Made by a program: the position numbers and the translations under genes. A stretch of DNA of 24,000 nt from Kitasatospora sp. NPDC008050 (GTDB lineage: Bacteria; Actinomycetota; Actinomycetes; Streptomycetales; Streptomycetaceae). The notes beneath the pieces are model-generated. The model did no database searches. It was not told the DNA's origin and saw only the letters and a list, made by a program, of their open reading frames with translations. Positions 1-8,751 of this stretch are shown piece after piece (position 1 is the stretch's first letter; each line of letters starts with the position of its first letter). Location: the NCBI RefSeq assembly GCF_042957465.1, contig NZ_JBIBIJ010000008.1:303136-327135 (forward strand). Reading direction: 5' to 3'.

Positions 1-552
1 GGTGAAGCCGTGTTCCTCGAAGAGCGAGCACTCCCACAGCGCCGACTCCACGAGCGCCTCGGCAGTGGCGGAGCCGTGTTTGGCGAGCAGGCGCGGGTCG
101 AGGGAGCCGGCGTTGACGCCGATCCGGATCGGCACCCGCGCCGCCGATGCGGCGGCGGCGATCTCCTTGACCTTGTCGTCGAACTTCCTGATGTTGCCGG
201 GATTGACGCGCACCGCGGCGCAGCCGGCGTCGATGGCGGTGAAGACGTAGCGGGGCTGGAAGTGGATGTCGGCGATCACCGGGATCGGGGACTTGGCGAC
301 GATGGCGGGCAGGGCATCGGCGTCGTCCTGGGAGGGGACGGCGACGCGCACGATGTCGCAGCCGGCGGCGGTGATCTCGGCGATCTGCCGCAGCGTGGCG
401 TCGATGTCGGCGGTCAGGGTGGTGGTCATGGTCTGGACGGTGAGCGGCGCGCTGCCTCCTACGGGGACGTCGCCGACGTGGATCCTTCGGGTGCGGCGCC
501 GCGCCGGAGTGCGCGGGGGCGGCCCGGGCAGCCCCAGATCGATGGAGCCCAT
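1..552 (-). CDS. ispG: 4-hydroxy-3-methylbut-2-enyl diphosphate synthase (IspG/GcpE), N-terminal 184 codons; the 3' end runs off the window
   Basis: Reverse translation from ATG (550-552) gives [128 protein letters not shown]... These are typical GcpE blocks ([26 protein letters not shown]). A GGAGGA Shine-Dalgarno (559-564) lies 6 nt upstream. It is absent from the ORF track because there is no stop in the window. Confidence 0.9.
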   Translation of the reverse strand, partial: MGSIDLGLPGPPPRTPARRRTRRIHVGDVPVGGSAPLTVQTMTTTLTADIDATLRQIAEITAAGCDIVRVAVPSQDDADALPAIVAKSPIPVIADIHFQPRYVFTAIDAGCAAVRVNPGNIRKFDDKVKEIAAAASAARVPIRIGVNAGSLDPRLLAKHGSATAEALVESALWECSLFEEHGFT

Positions 553-554
553 GG

Positions 555-683
555 CTATTCCTCCAGCCTCAAGTGGTTGGTGAGGGAGCCGAGGACGGCT
601 TCGGTGATGCCCGAGGCGTTGAGGCCCGCGTGGGCGAGGAGGGCCGCGCGGGCCTGTGGGAAGCGAGCGCCCTGCTGACCCGA
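555..683 (-). pseudogene. C-terminal ~42-codon remnant of an unidentified gene directly upstream of ispG
   Basis: A frame with high GC3 reads ...[40 protein letters not shown]. It is closed upstream by an in-frame TGA (684-686) and has no start codon. Confidence 0.25.
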
Positions 684-1007
684 TCACGGGCGGGCGGAGG
701 ACGCCTGGAAGCCGGCGGTGCCGTCCCGCTCTCCTTCGAGCCGAGAGAGCGGCAAGGGCTATCGTGAAGCATGGGTGGCCCGCTGTAACCCCCTACCGCA
801 GGCGCACAACAGCACCAGCGGCGCGCGCCAGGAGCGATGGTGCTACGGAGTGCTTCCGGGAGCGGCCAAGTACACCTGGGCACTCATGAGTTCACCGTGT
901 AGCCATAATGGGGAGACAAAGCGCAGGCGTCATGAACGCGCAGCGGCACCCCACCGTCGGCAGGTGAGCCGGCGGCCCGGACCCTACAACGCCGTAGAGA
1001 CATCGTC

Positions 1008-1337
1008 ATGGCAGACCCACCCTTCGCAGGCGGCACACCTCTGCCGTCCGAGCGACTTCTGTGCCGCCAGAACAACGGCACCCTCTACGACACCCGTGAA
1101 CAACGGCCCGTCACCGAGGCAGAGCTTGCCGACGAGATCCGCGCGGGAGGCCGGTTCCGCGCCTACGACCGTGCCACCGGCCACGACTGCACCTACCAGG
1201 TCCTCCTCCTGGTGCTTCGCGCCGCCGCCCCTCCCGGGGCCGTGCGGAGCACGGGCAACCTGGGAGCGCTGCCGCACAGCCCGGTCCGCGGCGGCGGGCC
1301 GACCAACCAGGAAGCAGGAACGGCGGACCCGGTGTGA
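1008..1337 (+). CDS. Small protein with a PhaR-type (PHB/PHA accumulation regulator N-terminal) DNA-binding domain
   Basis: The 109-aa ORF has good GC3. The segment ERLLCRQNNGTLYDTREQRPVTEAELADEIRAGGRFRAYDRATGHDCTYQVLLLVL follows the PhaR N-terminal pattern (R-x-I-x-K-Y-x-N-R-R-L-YDT...Y-I-T-L-x-E-x...V-x-D-x-x-T-G-x-D-x-T-x-x-V-L-x-Q-I). Confidence 0.6.
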   Translation: MADPPFAGGTPLPSERLLCRQNNGTLYDTREQRPVTEAELADEIRAGGRFRAYDRATGHDCTYQVLLLVLRAAAPPGAVRSTGNLGALPHSPVRGGGPTNQEAGTADPV

Positions 1338-1410
1338 TGCCGCCGGACAGCCGGACATTCTCCGGTACCGACGCAATGCGAGGATCGACCACCCGCTCAT
1401 TGGAGGCTGT

Positions 1411-2916
1411 ATGCCCGGTCGGGCGCGGCACGTGTCCGGCGTCCTGGGACGTCTGCTCGTCGACGAAGCACTGCGCTCGCGGCGCAAGGTCCGCGACGGT
1501 GACTCCTGCGATCCCCACCAGGATGACGGACGGGAACGTGCGCGCGCGGTGAGCGAGGCGCTGCAGTCGCTCGGCCCGTTCTACATCAAGGTCGGACAAC
1601 TGCTCTCCACCCGACCCGACTTCGTGCCCGCGGCGATGATCGACGAGCTCGGCAGACTCCACGACCAGGTCACCCCGGCCCCGTTCACCCTGTTCGAGCC
1701 GGTCCTGGCCCAGGACTTCGGCGACCGCTGGCCCCGGGTGTTCCGCGATATCGACACCGAGCGGCCGCTGGGGGCGGCCTCACTCGCACAGGTCTACCGT
1801 GCCGAACTGGCCGACGGCACCCCCGCGGCGGTGAAGATCCAGCGCCCCGGCGTGGCGGCGCTCATGGCCCAGGACATGGACGTCCTGCGCAACGCCGCCC
1901 GACTGATCGCCAGAGCCATGCCCCGCTTCACCGCGGTGATCGACCTGCCGGCCATGCTCGGGGTGATCTTCGACGCCATGGCGGGCGAGAGCGACTTCCG
2001 CCGCGAGGCGGGGAACATGCGCGCCGGCCGTCGGCTGACGCAGGACTTCAAACACCTCACCGTCCCACGCGTCCTGCTCACCCCCACCCCACGGGTGCTG
2101 GTGCAGTCCCTCGCCCCCGGCACCTCCATCCGCGACGCGGACCCCACCGCGTTCACCGAGAGCGAGCGCACCGGCATCGGGCAGGACCTGCTGGCATTCA
2201 TGTACCGGGGTTACTTCCTCGACCGGTACTTCCACGCCGACCCCCACCCCGGCAATGTCTTCGTCGCCCCGGGCCACCCCGCCCACCTGATCGACTGGGG
2301 CATGACGGGCCGCATCGACAGCGGCCTCAGCCGGAGCCTGGTCCTCGTCCTGCTGAACGTCGCCGCCAACGACGGCACCGGCCTGGCGAGAACCTGGACC
2401 GAGATGGGACACCCCACCGCCTGGGCGGACCTGCCCGGCTTCCGCAGCGACATGATCGCCCTGGTGCCCAAGGTCACCTCCGCCTCCCTGGCCGAACTCA
2501 ACTTCGGCGTCACCCTCACCGCCGTCCTCGCCTGCTCCACCCGGCGCGGCATCCAGACCAACCCCGTGATCTCCCTGCTCGGAAAGTCCTTCGCCAACCT
2601 CGAAGGCTCGATCCGCCACCTGTGCCCCGAACTGTCCCTCATCGACGTCTTCGAGGAGAACCTGCGCTCCATCATCTTCGGCCTCGCCCAGGAGACCCTC
2701 TCCGAGCAACAGGCCGCACGCACCGCACTCGAACTCATGATCGCCACACCCGGCACCCTCCAGCAGGGACGCGACATCCTGCGCAACCTCTCCGACCACG
2801 ACGCCCTGCGCACCACCACCCCGCACACGAGCAACTCCCAGAAGACAACCGCGGCAGCCCTCCTCCTCGCCGCCGCCATCACGTGGAAGGCCCACACCCG
2901 GAACCGGAGCAGGTGA
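1411..2916 (+). CDS. ABC1/UbiB (AarF-domain) atypical kinase family protein
   Basis: Family blocks are FYIKVGQLLSTRPDFVPAAMIDELGRLHDQVTP, PLGAASLAQVYRAELADGTPAAVKIQRPGV and HADPHPGNVFV. I place the start at ATG 1411, preceded by GGAGG (1402-1406). The 718-1410 part of the track ORF is Arg/Pro/Ser-rich and overlaps the PhaR-like gene in another frame. Confidence 0.85.
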   Translation: MPGRARHVSGVLGRLLVDEALRSRRKVRDGDSCDPHQDDGRERARAVSEALQSLGPFYIKVGQLLSTRPDFVPAAMIDELGRLHDQVTPAPFTLFEPVLAQDFGDRWPRVFRDIDTERPLGAASLAQVYRAELADGTPAAVKIQRPGVAALMAQDMDVLRNAARLIARAMPRFTAVIDLPAMLGVIFDAMAGESDFRREAGNMRAGRRLTQDFKHLTVPRVLLTPTPRVLVQSLAPGTSIRDADPTAFTESERTGIGQDLLAFMYRGYFLDRYFHADPHPGNVFVAPGHPAHLIDWGMTGRIDSGLSRSLVLVLLNVAANDGTGLARTWTEMGHPTAWADLPGFRSDMIALVPKVTSASLAELNFGVTLTAVLACSTRRGIQTNPVISLLGKSFANLEGSIRHLCPELSLIDVFEENLRSIIFGLAQETLSEQQAARTALELMIATPGTLQQGRDILRNLSDHDALRTTTPHTSNSQKTTAAALLLAAAITWKAHTRNRSR

Positions 2917-2931
2917 AACCGGAGCAGGTGA
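2902..2931 (+). repeat. Perfect 15-bp tandem duplication (AACCGGAGCAGGTGA x2) spanning the kinase stop codon
   Basis: The units are 2902-2916 and 2917-2931. Each carries an in-frame TGA; the first one (2914-2916) is the ABC1 kinase stop. Confidence 0.9.
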
Positions 2932-2947
2932 AACGGGCGAAGCCGGT

Positions 2948-4117
2948 TCACAGCAGGCGGCCGATGCGGTAGACGGAGCGCACGTCCCGCAGGGCGGTGA
3001 GGTCGTGCAGGGGGTTGCCACCGACGACGAGGAGGTCCGCGTCGGCTCCGGCCTTCAGACAGCCCTTGACGCCGGTCAGCGCGCAGGCCGCGGCGGCGAC
3101 CGACGTGACGGCGGCCAGGGCCTGGGCCGGGGTCATGCCGATGGGACCCGCGAGATCGGTCACCGCGTACGGGAGGACGTCGTGGGGCTTGTAGCGGCAG
3201 ATGCCCGCGTCGGTTCCCGCCGTGATCGCAACGCCCGCGCGGTGCAGTCGGGCCCAAGTGGGGCAGAGCCGACGCATACAGTCCGTCAGCAGGGGAGAAA
3301 GCGGCTCGCCCGGCAGCACCCCGACCGTGAGACTCACCGTCGCACCGCTGCCGATGATCCGGTCCACCAGAGGGGGCGTAGGGCGGGGACCGTCCTCGGT
3401 GAAGAACGTCAGGTGTTCGAGGGTGTCGAACCCGGCGTCCAGCACTCGGCCGATCGCTTCGGCGGAGTGCACGTGGGTGGCGGTCCTCATGCCGAGGCGG
3501 TGTGCCTCGTCGACCACGACGCGCAGGTCCTCGGTCGGGTACTGGGGCAGGTGCATGAACGTGCCAGGAGTCATATGGCCGCCGCTGGCCATGACCTTGA
3601 CCACCTCGCAGCCGCGCTCGTGGCGTTCCCGCACCGCGGCGATCAGCGCCTCGCGCCCCCAGGCCTCGCCGCCCAGGAAGTGGCAGTGACCGCCCGGGCT
3701 GGTGATCGGCGGCCCGGCCGCGACGATATGGGGCTGCAGATACGGCCGGGCGGCGGCCTCGTCACGCAGTCTCAGCGCCAGATAGCCGCGGTCCCCCAGA
3801 TCACGCACCGTGGTGATGCCCGCTGCCAGCGCCCGCGCGGCCGCCCGCCGCATCCCGGCCAGCACGCTGTCGTCGTCGCGCGCCGCGAGATGGTCGACCG
3901 GGGCGTCGCCGGCATCGAACACGAGATGAACGTGGGTGTCGATCAGTCCCGGCAGGATCCACGCGTCCGCGCCGTAGTCGATGACCTCGGCATCTTCCGG
4001 GGCCCGGGCCCCGGTCGTGTCGACGGCCTTGATCCGGCCCTCCTCGACCAGCACCGTGCCGGGCCCCAGCGCCGTCGTTCCGTCGAACAGGCCACCGGCC
4101 CGCAGTGCCTTCAGCAT
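2948..4117 (-). CDS. Metal-dependent amidohydrolase (imidazolonepropionase-like/COG1228-type)
   Basis: Signatures are LPGLIDTHVHLVFD (HxH metal motif), KVMASGG, ATHVHSAEAI, GTDAG and the C-terminal ADLLVVGGNPL. The start is taken at ATG 4117 (MLKALRAGGLFDG...) rather than the longer track ORF. Confidence 0.8.
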   Translation of the reverse strand: MLKALRAGGLFDGTTALGPGTVLVEEGRIKAVDTTGARAPEDAEVIDYGADAWILPGLIDTHVHLVFDAGDAPVDHLAARDDDSVLAGMRRAAARALAAGITTVRDLGDRGYLALRLRDEAAARPYLQPHIVAAGPPITSPGGHCHFLGGEAWGREALIAAVRERHERGCEVVKVMASGGHMTPGTFMHLPQYPTEDLRVVVDEAHRLGMRTATHVHSAEAIGRVLDAGFDTLEHLTFFTEDGPRPTPPLVDRIIGSGATVSLTVGVLPGEPLSPLLTDCMRRLCPTWARLHRAGVAITAGTDAGICRYKPHDVLPYAVTDLAGPIGMTPAQALAAVTSVAAAACALTGVKGCLKAGADADLLVVGGNPLHDLTALRDVRSVYRIGRLL

Positions 4118-4498
4118 CAGCCCGTCCCTTCGTCCGGCTCCGGGAAACGGGCACACGGACGCGCCGCACGCCTCCCGGGCGATTGACCGTGCCATCCATC
4201 GAACCCGCCCACCCCGCAGCCGGCCCTCCCCCGATCAGCCGACCCGGCGCCTGAAACCACCGTCGGCCGGACGGTTCGACTGCGGGGGAGACCGCGCTCC
4301 CCTGCCCGGTCCGACCGCCGTGCGGCCCCCGAGCGTCGATCCGGCGGGGCACCCGGCGGACGGTTCAGCCTTGGTGGAGCTGCTGACAGCCCATCACGGG
4401 CTGAATCACGCACCGGCGGATGCGGGCACCATCCGGGAGCAGATCGCCCAGGGCCGGCGCCCGCCGGGCGCTCCGACCACGGCGGTCCGCGGCCGGGA

Positions 4499-5854
4499 TC
4501 AGGGCCGTACGCGGGTCAGTCGCGCCGTGAAGGACGGTGCGGGAAGGTCGTTGGCCAGGGCGATCGGTACGGTCGGGGCGTCCGGTCCGCTGCCGGCCGT
4601 CACCGCACCGACCGTGGTTCCGGCTTTCGCTCCGTGTGGCGGGGGTGTGCCGTGGTCGCCGAGCGTGATGCCCAGGGGTTGGCCGGGAGTCCCGACCACG
4701 TTGAGGTCTTCGGTCGCGGCGACCGGTGTCCGGCCGCCCAGCTTGTCGTCGATGTAGCCGACCACCTGGCCCTTCTTGATGACGGTGGCTGAGGTCAGGG
4801 CGTTGCGGACAGCGTCGATGATCTTCTTGCTGTTGTCCTGGACCAGGACGAGGCTGTTGGAGCCGTAGGGATCGGCTCCTTGGACATGCTGGTCCAGCAT
4901 GGTGCCGAGGATCAGCCGGTCCTTCCCGCCCACCGTCTTGTAGGCCGCCCAGGAGAGGGTTCCGCCGGCCGCGGTGTTCGAACCGGTCTTGATCCCCCGC
5001 ACGCTCAGGCCGGCCAGGAGGAGGCGATCGTTGTTGTTGTTGATCCGCTGAGGAAGGCCCGGAATGTCGGCGTTGGGCATGGCGACGACCTGGCGGAAGG
5101 CATCGGACTTCATCACCGCCTCGGCCAGCTTCAGCTGGTCGACCGCGGTGCTGACGGTTCCCTGGTCCAGGCCGCTCGGATCGGTGTAGGTCGTGTTCGC
5201 CAGTCCCAGCTCCCGCGCGGCATCGTTCATCTTCTTGACGAAGGCCGTCTCGGAGTCGGAGGCGGTGTCCCAGCGCGCGAGCAGCCGGGCGATGTTGTTG
5301 CCCGAGGGGATCATCAGCATCCTGAGCATGTCCTGCTCGCTGAACTTCTGTCCCACCGTGAGTCCCTCGATGCGCGACTCGTCCTTCGCTGTGCCGTCCT
5401 GAACCGCCTTCGCGTCGACCGTGATCTGCGGTCCGCTGTCGTCCCTGTCCTTCAGGGGGTGGTCCCGCAGCACTATGTAGGCCGTCATGACCTTGGCCAC
5501 GCTGGCGGTGGGAACGGGCTTCTGCTCGCCGAAGGCTCCGACAGAGCCCGACCCGGCGACGGTGACCGCGGCCTGTCCGTGGTCCGGCCACGGCGGGGAG
5601 AAGGCGCCACCGGGGAAGGAGAGCGATGACTGCGCGTCATCGCTCACCAGGGCCAGGGCCGGGAGGGGCCGCAGTTCCTGGACGATCCCGAAAGCGGTAC
5701 CCAGCGCTACCACCGGTGCCCCGCAGATCGCGACCCTCCGCACAAGCCCGCGCCGTGCGGGCCGGCGCGGCGCGTTCGTGCGGCCGGGACTCCCGCTGTC
5801 TGTCGACACGGCAGGCTCCGACGAGCCGTGGGCGCCGAAAAGGTCGTTCGCCAT
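4499..5854 (-). CDS. D-alanyl-D-alanine carboxypeptidase (serine peptidase S11, low-molecular-weight PBP) with an N-terminal membrane anchor
   Basis: All three PBP active-site motifs are present: SVAK (SxxK), SGNN (SxN) and KTGS (KTG). An N-terminal hydrophobic segment reads VAICGAPVVALGTAFGIV. ATG 5854 is preceded by GAGGAGGAG. Confidence 0.85.
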   Translation of the reverse strand: MANDLFGAHGSSEPAVSTDSGSPGRTNAPRRPARRGLVRRVAICGAPVVALGTAFGIVQELRPLPALALVSDDAQSSLSFPGGAFSPPWPDHGQAAVTVAGSGSVGAFGEQKPVPTASVAKVMTAYIVLRDHPLKDRDDSGPQITVDAKAVQDGTAKDESRIEGLTVGQKFSEQDMLRMLMIPSGNNIARLLARWDTASDSETAFVKKMNDAARELGLANTTYTDPSGLDQGTVSTAVDQLKLAEAVMKSDAFRQVVAMPNADIPGLPQRINNNNDRLLLAGLSVRGIKTGSNTAAGGTLSWAAYKTVGGKDRLILGTMLDQHVQGADPYGSNSLVLVQDNSKKIIDAVRNALTSATVIKKGQVVGYIDDKLGGRTPVAATEDLNVVGTPGQPLGITLGDHGTPPPHGAKAGTTVGAVTAGSGPDAPTVPIALANDLPAPSFTARLTRVRP

Positions 5855-6160
5855 GGTTCTCTGCTCCTCCTCAGTGCCGGTGCGCGGGGCCGGATCGCTC
5901 GGGCGTGAGCACTCCACGGCGGCTCGGAGGCATATCCATGGAGTGTCTTCTCTCCGCTCCTTCAGGCCACCGGCACAGTGGTGCCCTTTTCAGGACATCT
6001 GGGTCCGTTCTTCCCTTATCGGGACGCAGCTCCAGGCGAATCCGTTCCCAGCTGCCCCAGGTCCGCCTGTCCGCACCGCGGATCCACCCACCCCCTTGTG
6101 CGCGGTCCGGCCATCGCGGGGCAGGAACCCCCGGTCGGCCGACGGGAGACCCAACGCCGA

Positions 6161-7594
6161 TCAGGGCGCCGAGTTGGGCACATCCGGGCTCTTGGCGAAT
6201 GCCTCGGTGGGTGTCATGGGGATGCCGTCCAGGTTGGCGGTTCGGAAGGTGCTGACCTGGGCGCAGCCGCTGGAGTCGTCGGCGGTCGCGGGGTTGGCGT
6301 TGCTCAGCGCCGCCCGGGGGTCGACCGGTGCGGGCGCTGAGGAGGTACCGCCCGCGATGTCCTTCTGCGGGGCTCCCGTTCCGCTGGTCGAGGCGGTGAG
6401 GGGCGCGGACGGTGGCACGACGGAGGGCGCGGCGGCGGGGGTGGTCGTTGTGGAGGTGGCCTGAGCCGCGGCAGCGGAGTTGTCTCCGCTGCCGGTGGTC
6501 AGCGACTGGTCGTTGATGATCGTGGTGAAGAGGTTCTTCGCGGCAGGGGAGACCAGGACGCGGTTGGGATTCGAGGGGTCGGGCTGGTTCTGCATGGTGG
6601 CGAAGGTGATCCGGTCCATGGGCACCTTGTTGAGGTCGTCCGCCAGGCCCACCAGCTGCGTGATGCTCTTGAGGCCGTCATCGACCGTCAGCGCCTTGGT
6701 GGCGGCGTTGGCGAGGGAGAGCACTGCGGCGGGGTCGGTCATGGTGCCGGCGCTCTTGAGCTGACGGACCATCGAGCCGAGGAACATGTGCTGGGCCACC
6801 GTGCGCCCCAGGTCACCGCCGTCGCCGAAACCGTGGCGCGTGCGCACGAACTGCAGCGCGGACAAGCCCTGGAGGGTGTGGGTGCCCTTCGTCAGCTTGA
6901 GGTGCGAGTCCGGATCGTAGACGTTGTCACTCACGCAGACCGGCACGCCGCCGACCGCGTCGGACATCTGCACCACGCCGGTGAAGTCGACCATCATGAA
7001 GTGGTCGATGGGTATGCCGGTCAACTGGTGCACGGCGGCCACCGCGCAGCCCGGCCCGTAGTCCAGGGTGCTGTTGATCTGCCCGAACCGCGCCTTCATC
7101 GACGTGTTGTTCCGCCCGTCGGTGCAGGCGGGCAGGTCGGTCATGGTGTCGCGCGGGATGCTCATCACCGTGGCGTTGCTGCGGTCCGCCGAGACGTGCA
7201 GCACCATCTGTACGTCGGCGTTGGCGCCGGGGCCGCAGTCGCCGCCGATCGCGCAGTCGGCCGCGTTGTCACGGCTGTCGGAGCCGATCACCATGATGTT
7301 GATCGGGGTGCGGCCGAAGGCGTCCGGCTTCTCGTGTCCCGCGTCGCCCGAGGTGCCGGCGAAGAGCGGCGAGTGTCTGATGTTGCCGTTCAGCTTCTCG
7401 TAGAGGTAGCCGAAGGCCCCGGCGGTCACCAGGACCAGGCCGGCCGTGGTGCAGGCCAGGATCCGCAGGCCCCGGCGCCTGAGCTTCCGCTTGCTCCTGC
7501 GCTCAGCCGCCCGGCCACCGCCCGCCTCGGCGCTCTGCGTACCGCGGTGCACCCGGTGCCTGCCGCCCGAGGCGCTCGCTGGTGTGTTCGTCAT
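6161..7594 (-). CDS. LytR-CpsA-Psr (LCP) family cell-wall glycopolymer ligase with an Ala/Thr/Ser/Pro-rich linker and a C-terminal extension
   Basis: LCP blocks are INIMVIGSDSRD, VLHVSADRSNATVMSIPRDT and FVRTRHGFGDGGDLGRTVAQHMFL. An N-terminal TM segment reads ILACTTAGLVLVTAGAFGYLY. The start could be 7594 (MTNTP...) or 7633. Confidence 0.85.
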   Translation of the reverse strand: MTNTPASASGGRHRVHRGTQSAEAGGGRAAERRSKRKLRRRGLRILACTTAGLVLVTAGAFGYLYEKLNGNIRHSPLFAGTSGDAGHEKPDAFGRTPINIMVIGSDSRDNAADCAIGGDCGPGANADVQMVLHVSADRSNATVMSIPRDTMTDLPACTDGRNNTSMKARFGQINSTLDYGPGCAVAAVHQLTGIPIDHFMMVDFTGVVQMSDAVGGVPVCVSDNVYDPDSHLKLTKGTHTLQGLSALQFVRTRHGFGDGGDLGRTVAQHMFLGSMVRQLKSAGTMTDPAAVLSLANAATKALTVDDGLKSITQLVGLADDLNKVPMDRITFATMQNQPDPSNPNRVLVSPAAKNLFTTIINDQSLTTGSGDNSAAAAQATSTTTTPAAAPSVVPPSAPLTASTSGTGAPQKDIAGGTSSAPAPVDPRAALSNANPATADDSSGCAQVSTFRTANLDGIPMTPTEAFAKSPDVPNSAP

Positions 7595-7664
7595 GCCCGC
7601 CCATCCTCGTTCGTCGACCGGTCCGGCCTTCACCGCGCGGTGCCCGGGCCCGCTCGCCCACCGG

Positions 7665-7698
7665 CCGGGGGAGCGGGCGCCGGCACCCGCTCCCCCGG
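7665..7698 (-). terminator. Strong GC hairpin (13-bp perfect stem, 8-nt loop) between the SDR gene stop and the LCP gene
   Basis: The hairpin is CCGGGGGAGCGGG (7665-7677), cgccggca, CCCGCTCCCCCGG (7686-7698). It lies 8 nt downstream of the stop at 7706 on the minus strand. There is no U-tract, which is common in GC-rich actinomycetes. Confidence 0.5.
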
Positions 7699-7705
7699 CG
7701 TCGGC

Positions 7706-8716
7706 TCAGACCTGGTAGCGCCCCGGGGCGAGCAGGTGCAGGTGCTCGGCGACCCAGGCCGAGGTGCGGCGCAGGCCCTCGGCGAGGTCGACCCGGGGCT
7801 GCCAGTCGGCCAGGCGGCGGGCCTTGGTGTTGTCGGAGAGGAGGCGTTCGACCTCGCTGCCGCCGGGGCGCAGGCGGGTGGGGTCGACGACGATCTCGGC
7901 GTCGCGTCCGGAGGCGGTGATGAGTTCCTTGGCGAGGTCGCCGATGGAGACCTCGCTGCCGGTGCCGAGGTTGATGACCTCGCCGAGGGTGCGGTCGGCG
8001 CGGGCGACGGCGAGGAAGCCCTCGGCGGTGTCGGTGGCGTAGGTGAAGTCCCGGGTGGGGGTGAGTGAGCCGAGTCGCACCTCGCGGGCCCCGGAGTGGA
8101 GTTGGGCCAGCACGGTGGGGATCACCGCGCGGGCGGACTGGCGCGGGCCGTAGGTGTTGAAGGGGCGGACCACCGAGACCGGCAGCTCGAAGGCGTGCCA
8201 GTAGGAGAGCGCCGCCATGTCCGCACCGATCTTCGAGGCGGAGTACGGCGACTGCGGCTGCAGTGGATGCTGCTCGCTGATCGGCACGGTGATCGCGCTG
8301 CCGTACACCTCGCTGGTGGAGGTGTGGACGAGGCGGGCGCCGTGGCGCAGGCAGGCGGCGGCGATGTTCTGGGTGCCGACCACGTTGGTCTGCACATAGG
8401 CCTCGGGTGCCTGGTAGCTGTAGGGGATGCCGATGAGTGCGGCGAGGTGGAAGACGGTCTCGCAGCCCTCGACCGCGTCCAGGACCCGCCCGGCATCGCG
8501 GACGTCACCGGCGAACAGCTCCACCGGGCTGTCGGGGTCGGCCAGGTAGCGGGCCAGGTAGCCGCGTTCGGCGTACGGCTTGTAGTGCACCAGCGCCCGC
8601 ACCCGGGCGCCGCGCTCGACCAGCAGGTCGACCAGGGTGCTGCCGATGAAGCCCTCGGCGCCGGTGACCAGCACCGTGCGTCCGCTCCAGTCGTGCGCGG
8701 TGATGGGGTTGTCCAT
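7706..8716 (-). CDS. NAD-dependent sugar-nucleotide epimerase/dehydratase (extended SDR)
   Basis: Signatures are VLVTGAEGFIGSTLV (Rossmann GxxGxxG), STSEVYG and YSASKIGAD (YxxxK). ATG 8716 has GGAG 8 nt upstream. An alternative GTG at 8755 overlaps the upstream stop (GTGA). Confidence 0.85.
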   Translation of the reverse strand: MDNPITAHDWSGRTVLVTGAEGFIGSTLVDLLVERGARVRALVHYKPYAERGYLARYLADPDSPVELFAGDVRDAGRVLDAVEGCETVFHLAALIGIPYSYQAPEAYVQTNVVGTQNIAAACLRHGARLVHTSTSEVYGSAITVPISEQHPLQPQSPYSASKIGADMAALSYWHAFELPVSVVRPFNTYGPRQSARAVIPTVLAQLHSGAREVRLGSLTPTRDFTYATDTAEGFLAVARADRTLGEVINLGTGSEVSIGDLAKELITASGRDAEIVVDPTRLRPGGSEVERLLSDNTKARRLADWQPRVDLAEGLRRTSAWVAEHLHLLAPGRYQV

Positions 8717-8751
8717 GGGGAACTCCGTACTGTGCGGGTCGGGTTGGTGGT

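Noticed and set aside
718-1410. N-terminal 231 codons of the 732-aa track ORF (718-2916)
   Set aside because: This part is Ser/Arg/Pro-rich and overlaps the better-supported PhaR-like ORF in another frame. ABC1 homology begins only after ATG 1411, which has a GGAGG RBS.
1780-3021. Long minus-strand ORFs (1780-3021 and 2211-3257), and similar long ORFs at 3005-4186 (+), 4365-5591 (-), 6788-8068 (+), 8785-9978 (+), 8861-10000 (-), 14118-15824 (+), 16354-18486 (+), 21857-22624 (-) and 22633-23952 (-)
   Set aside because: They lie antisense or off-frame to genes with clear family signatures. Their products are Arg/Gly/Pro/Ala-rich low-complexity sequence typical of shadow frames in high-GC DNA.
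5969-5995. Small hairpin GGCAC-AGTG-GTGCC followed by CTTTT on the plus strand, considered as a terminator
   Set aside because: The stem is only 5 bp. The orientation (T-tract on the plus strand) does not match either flanking minus-strand gene.
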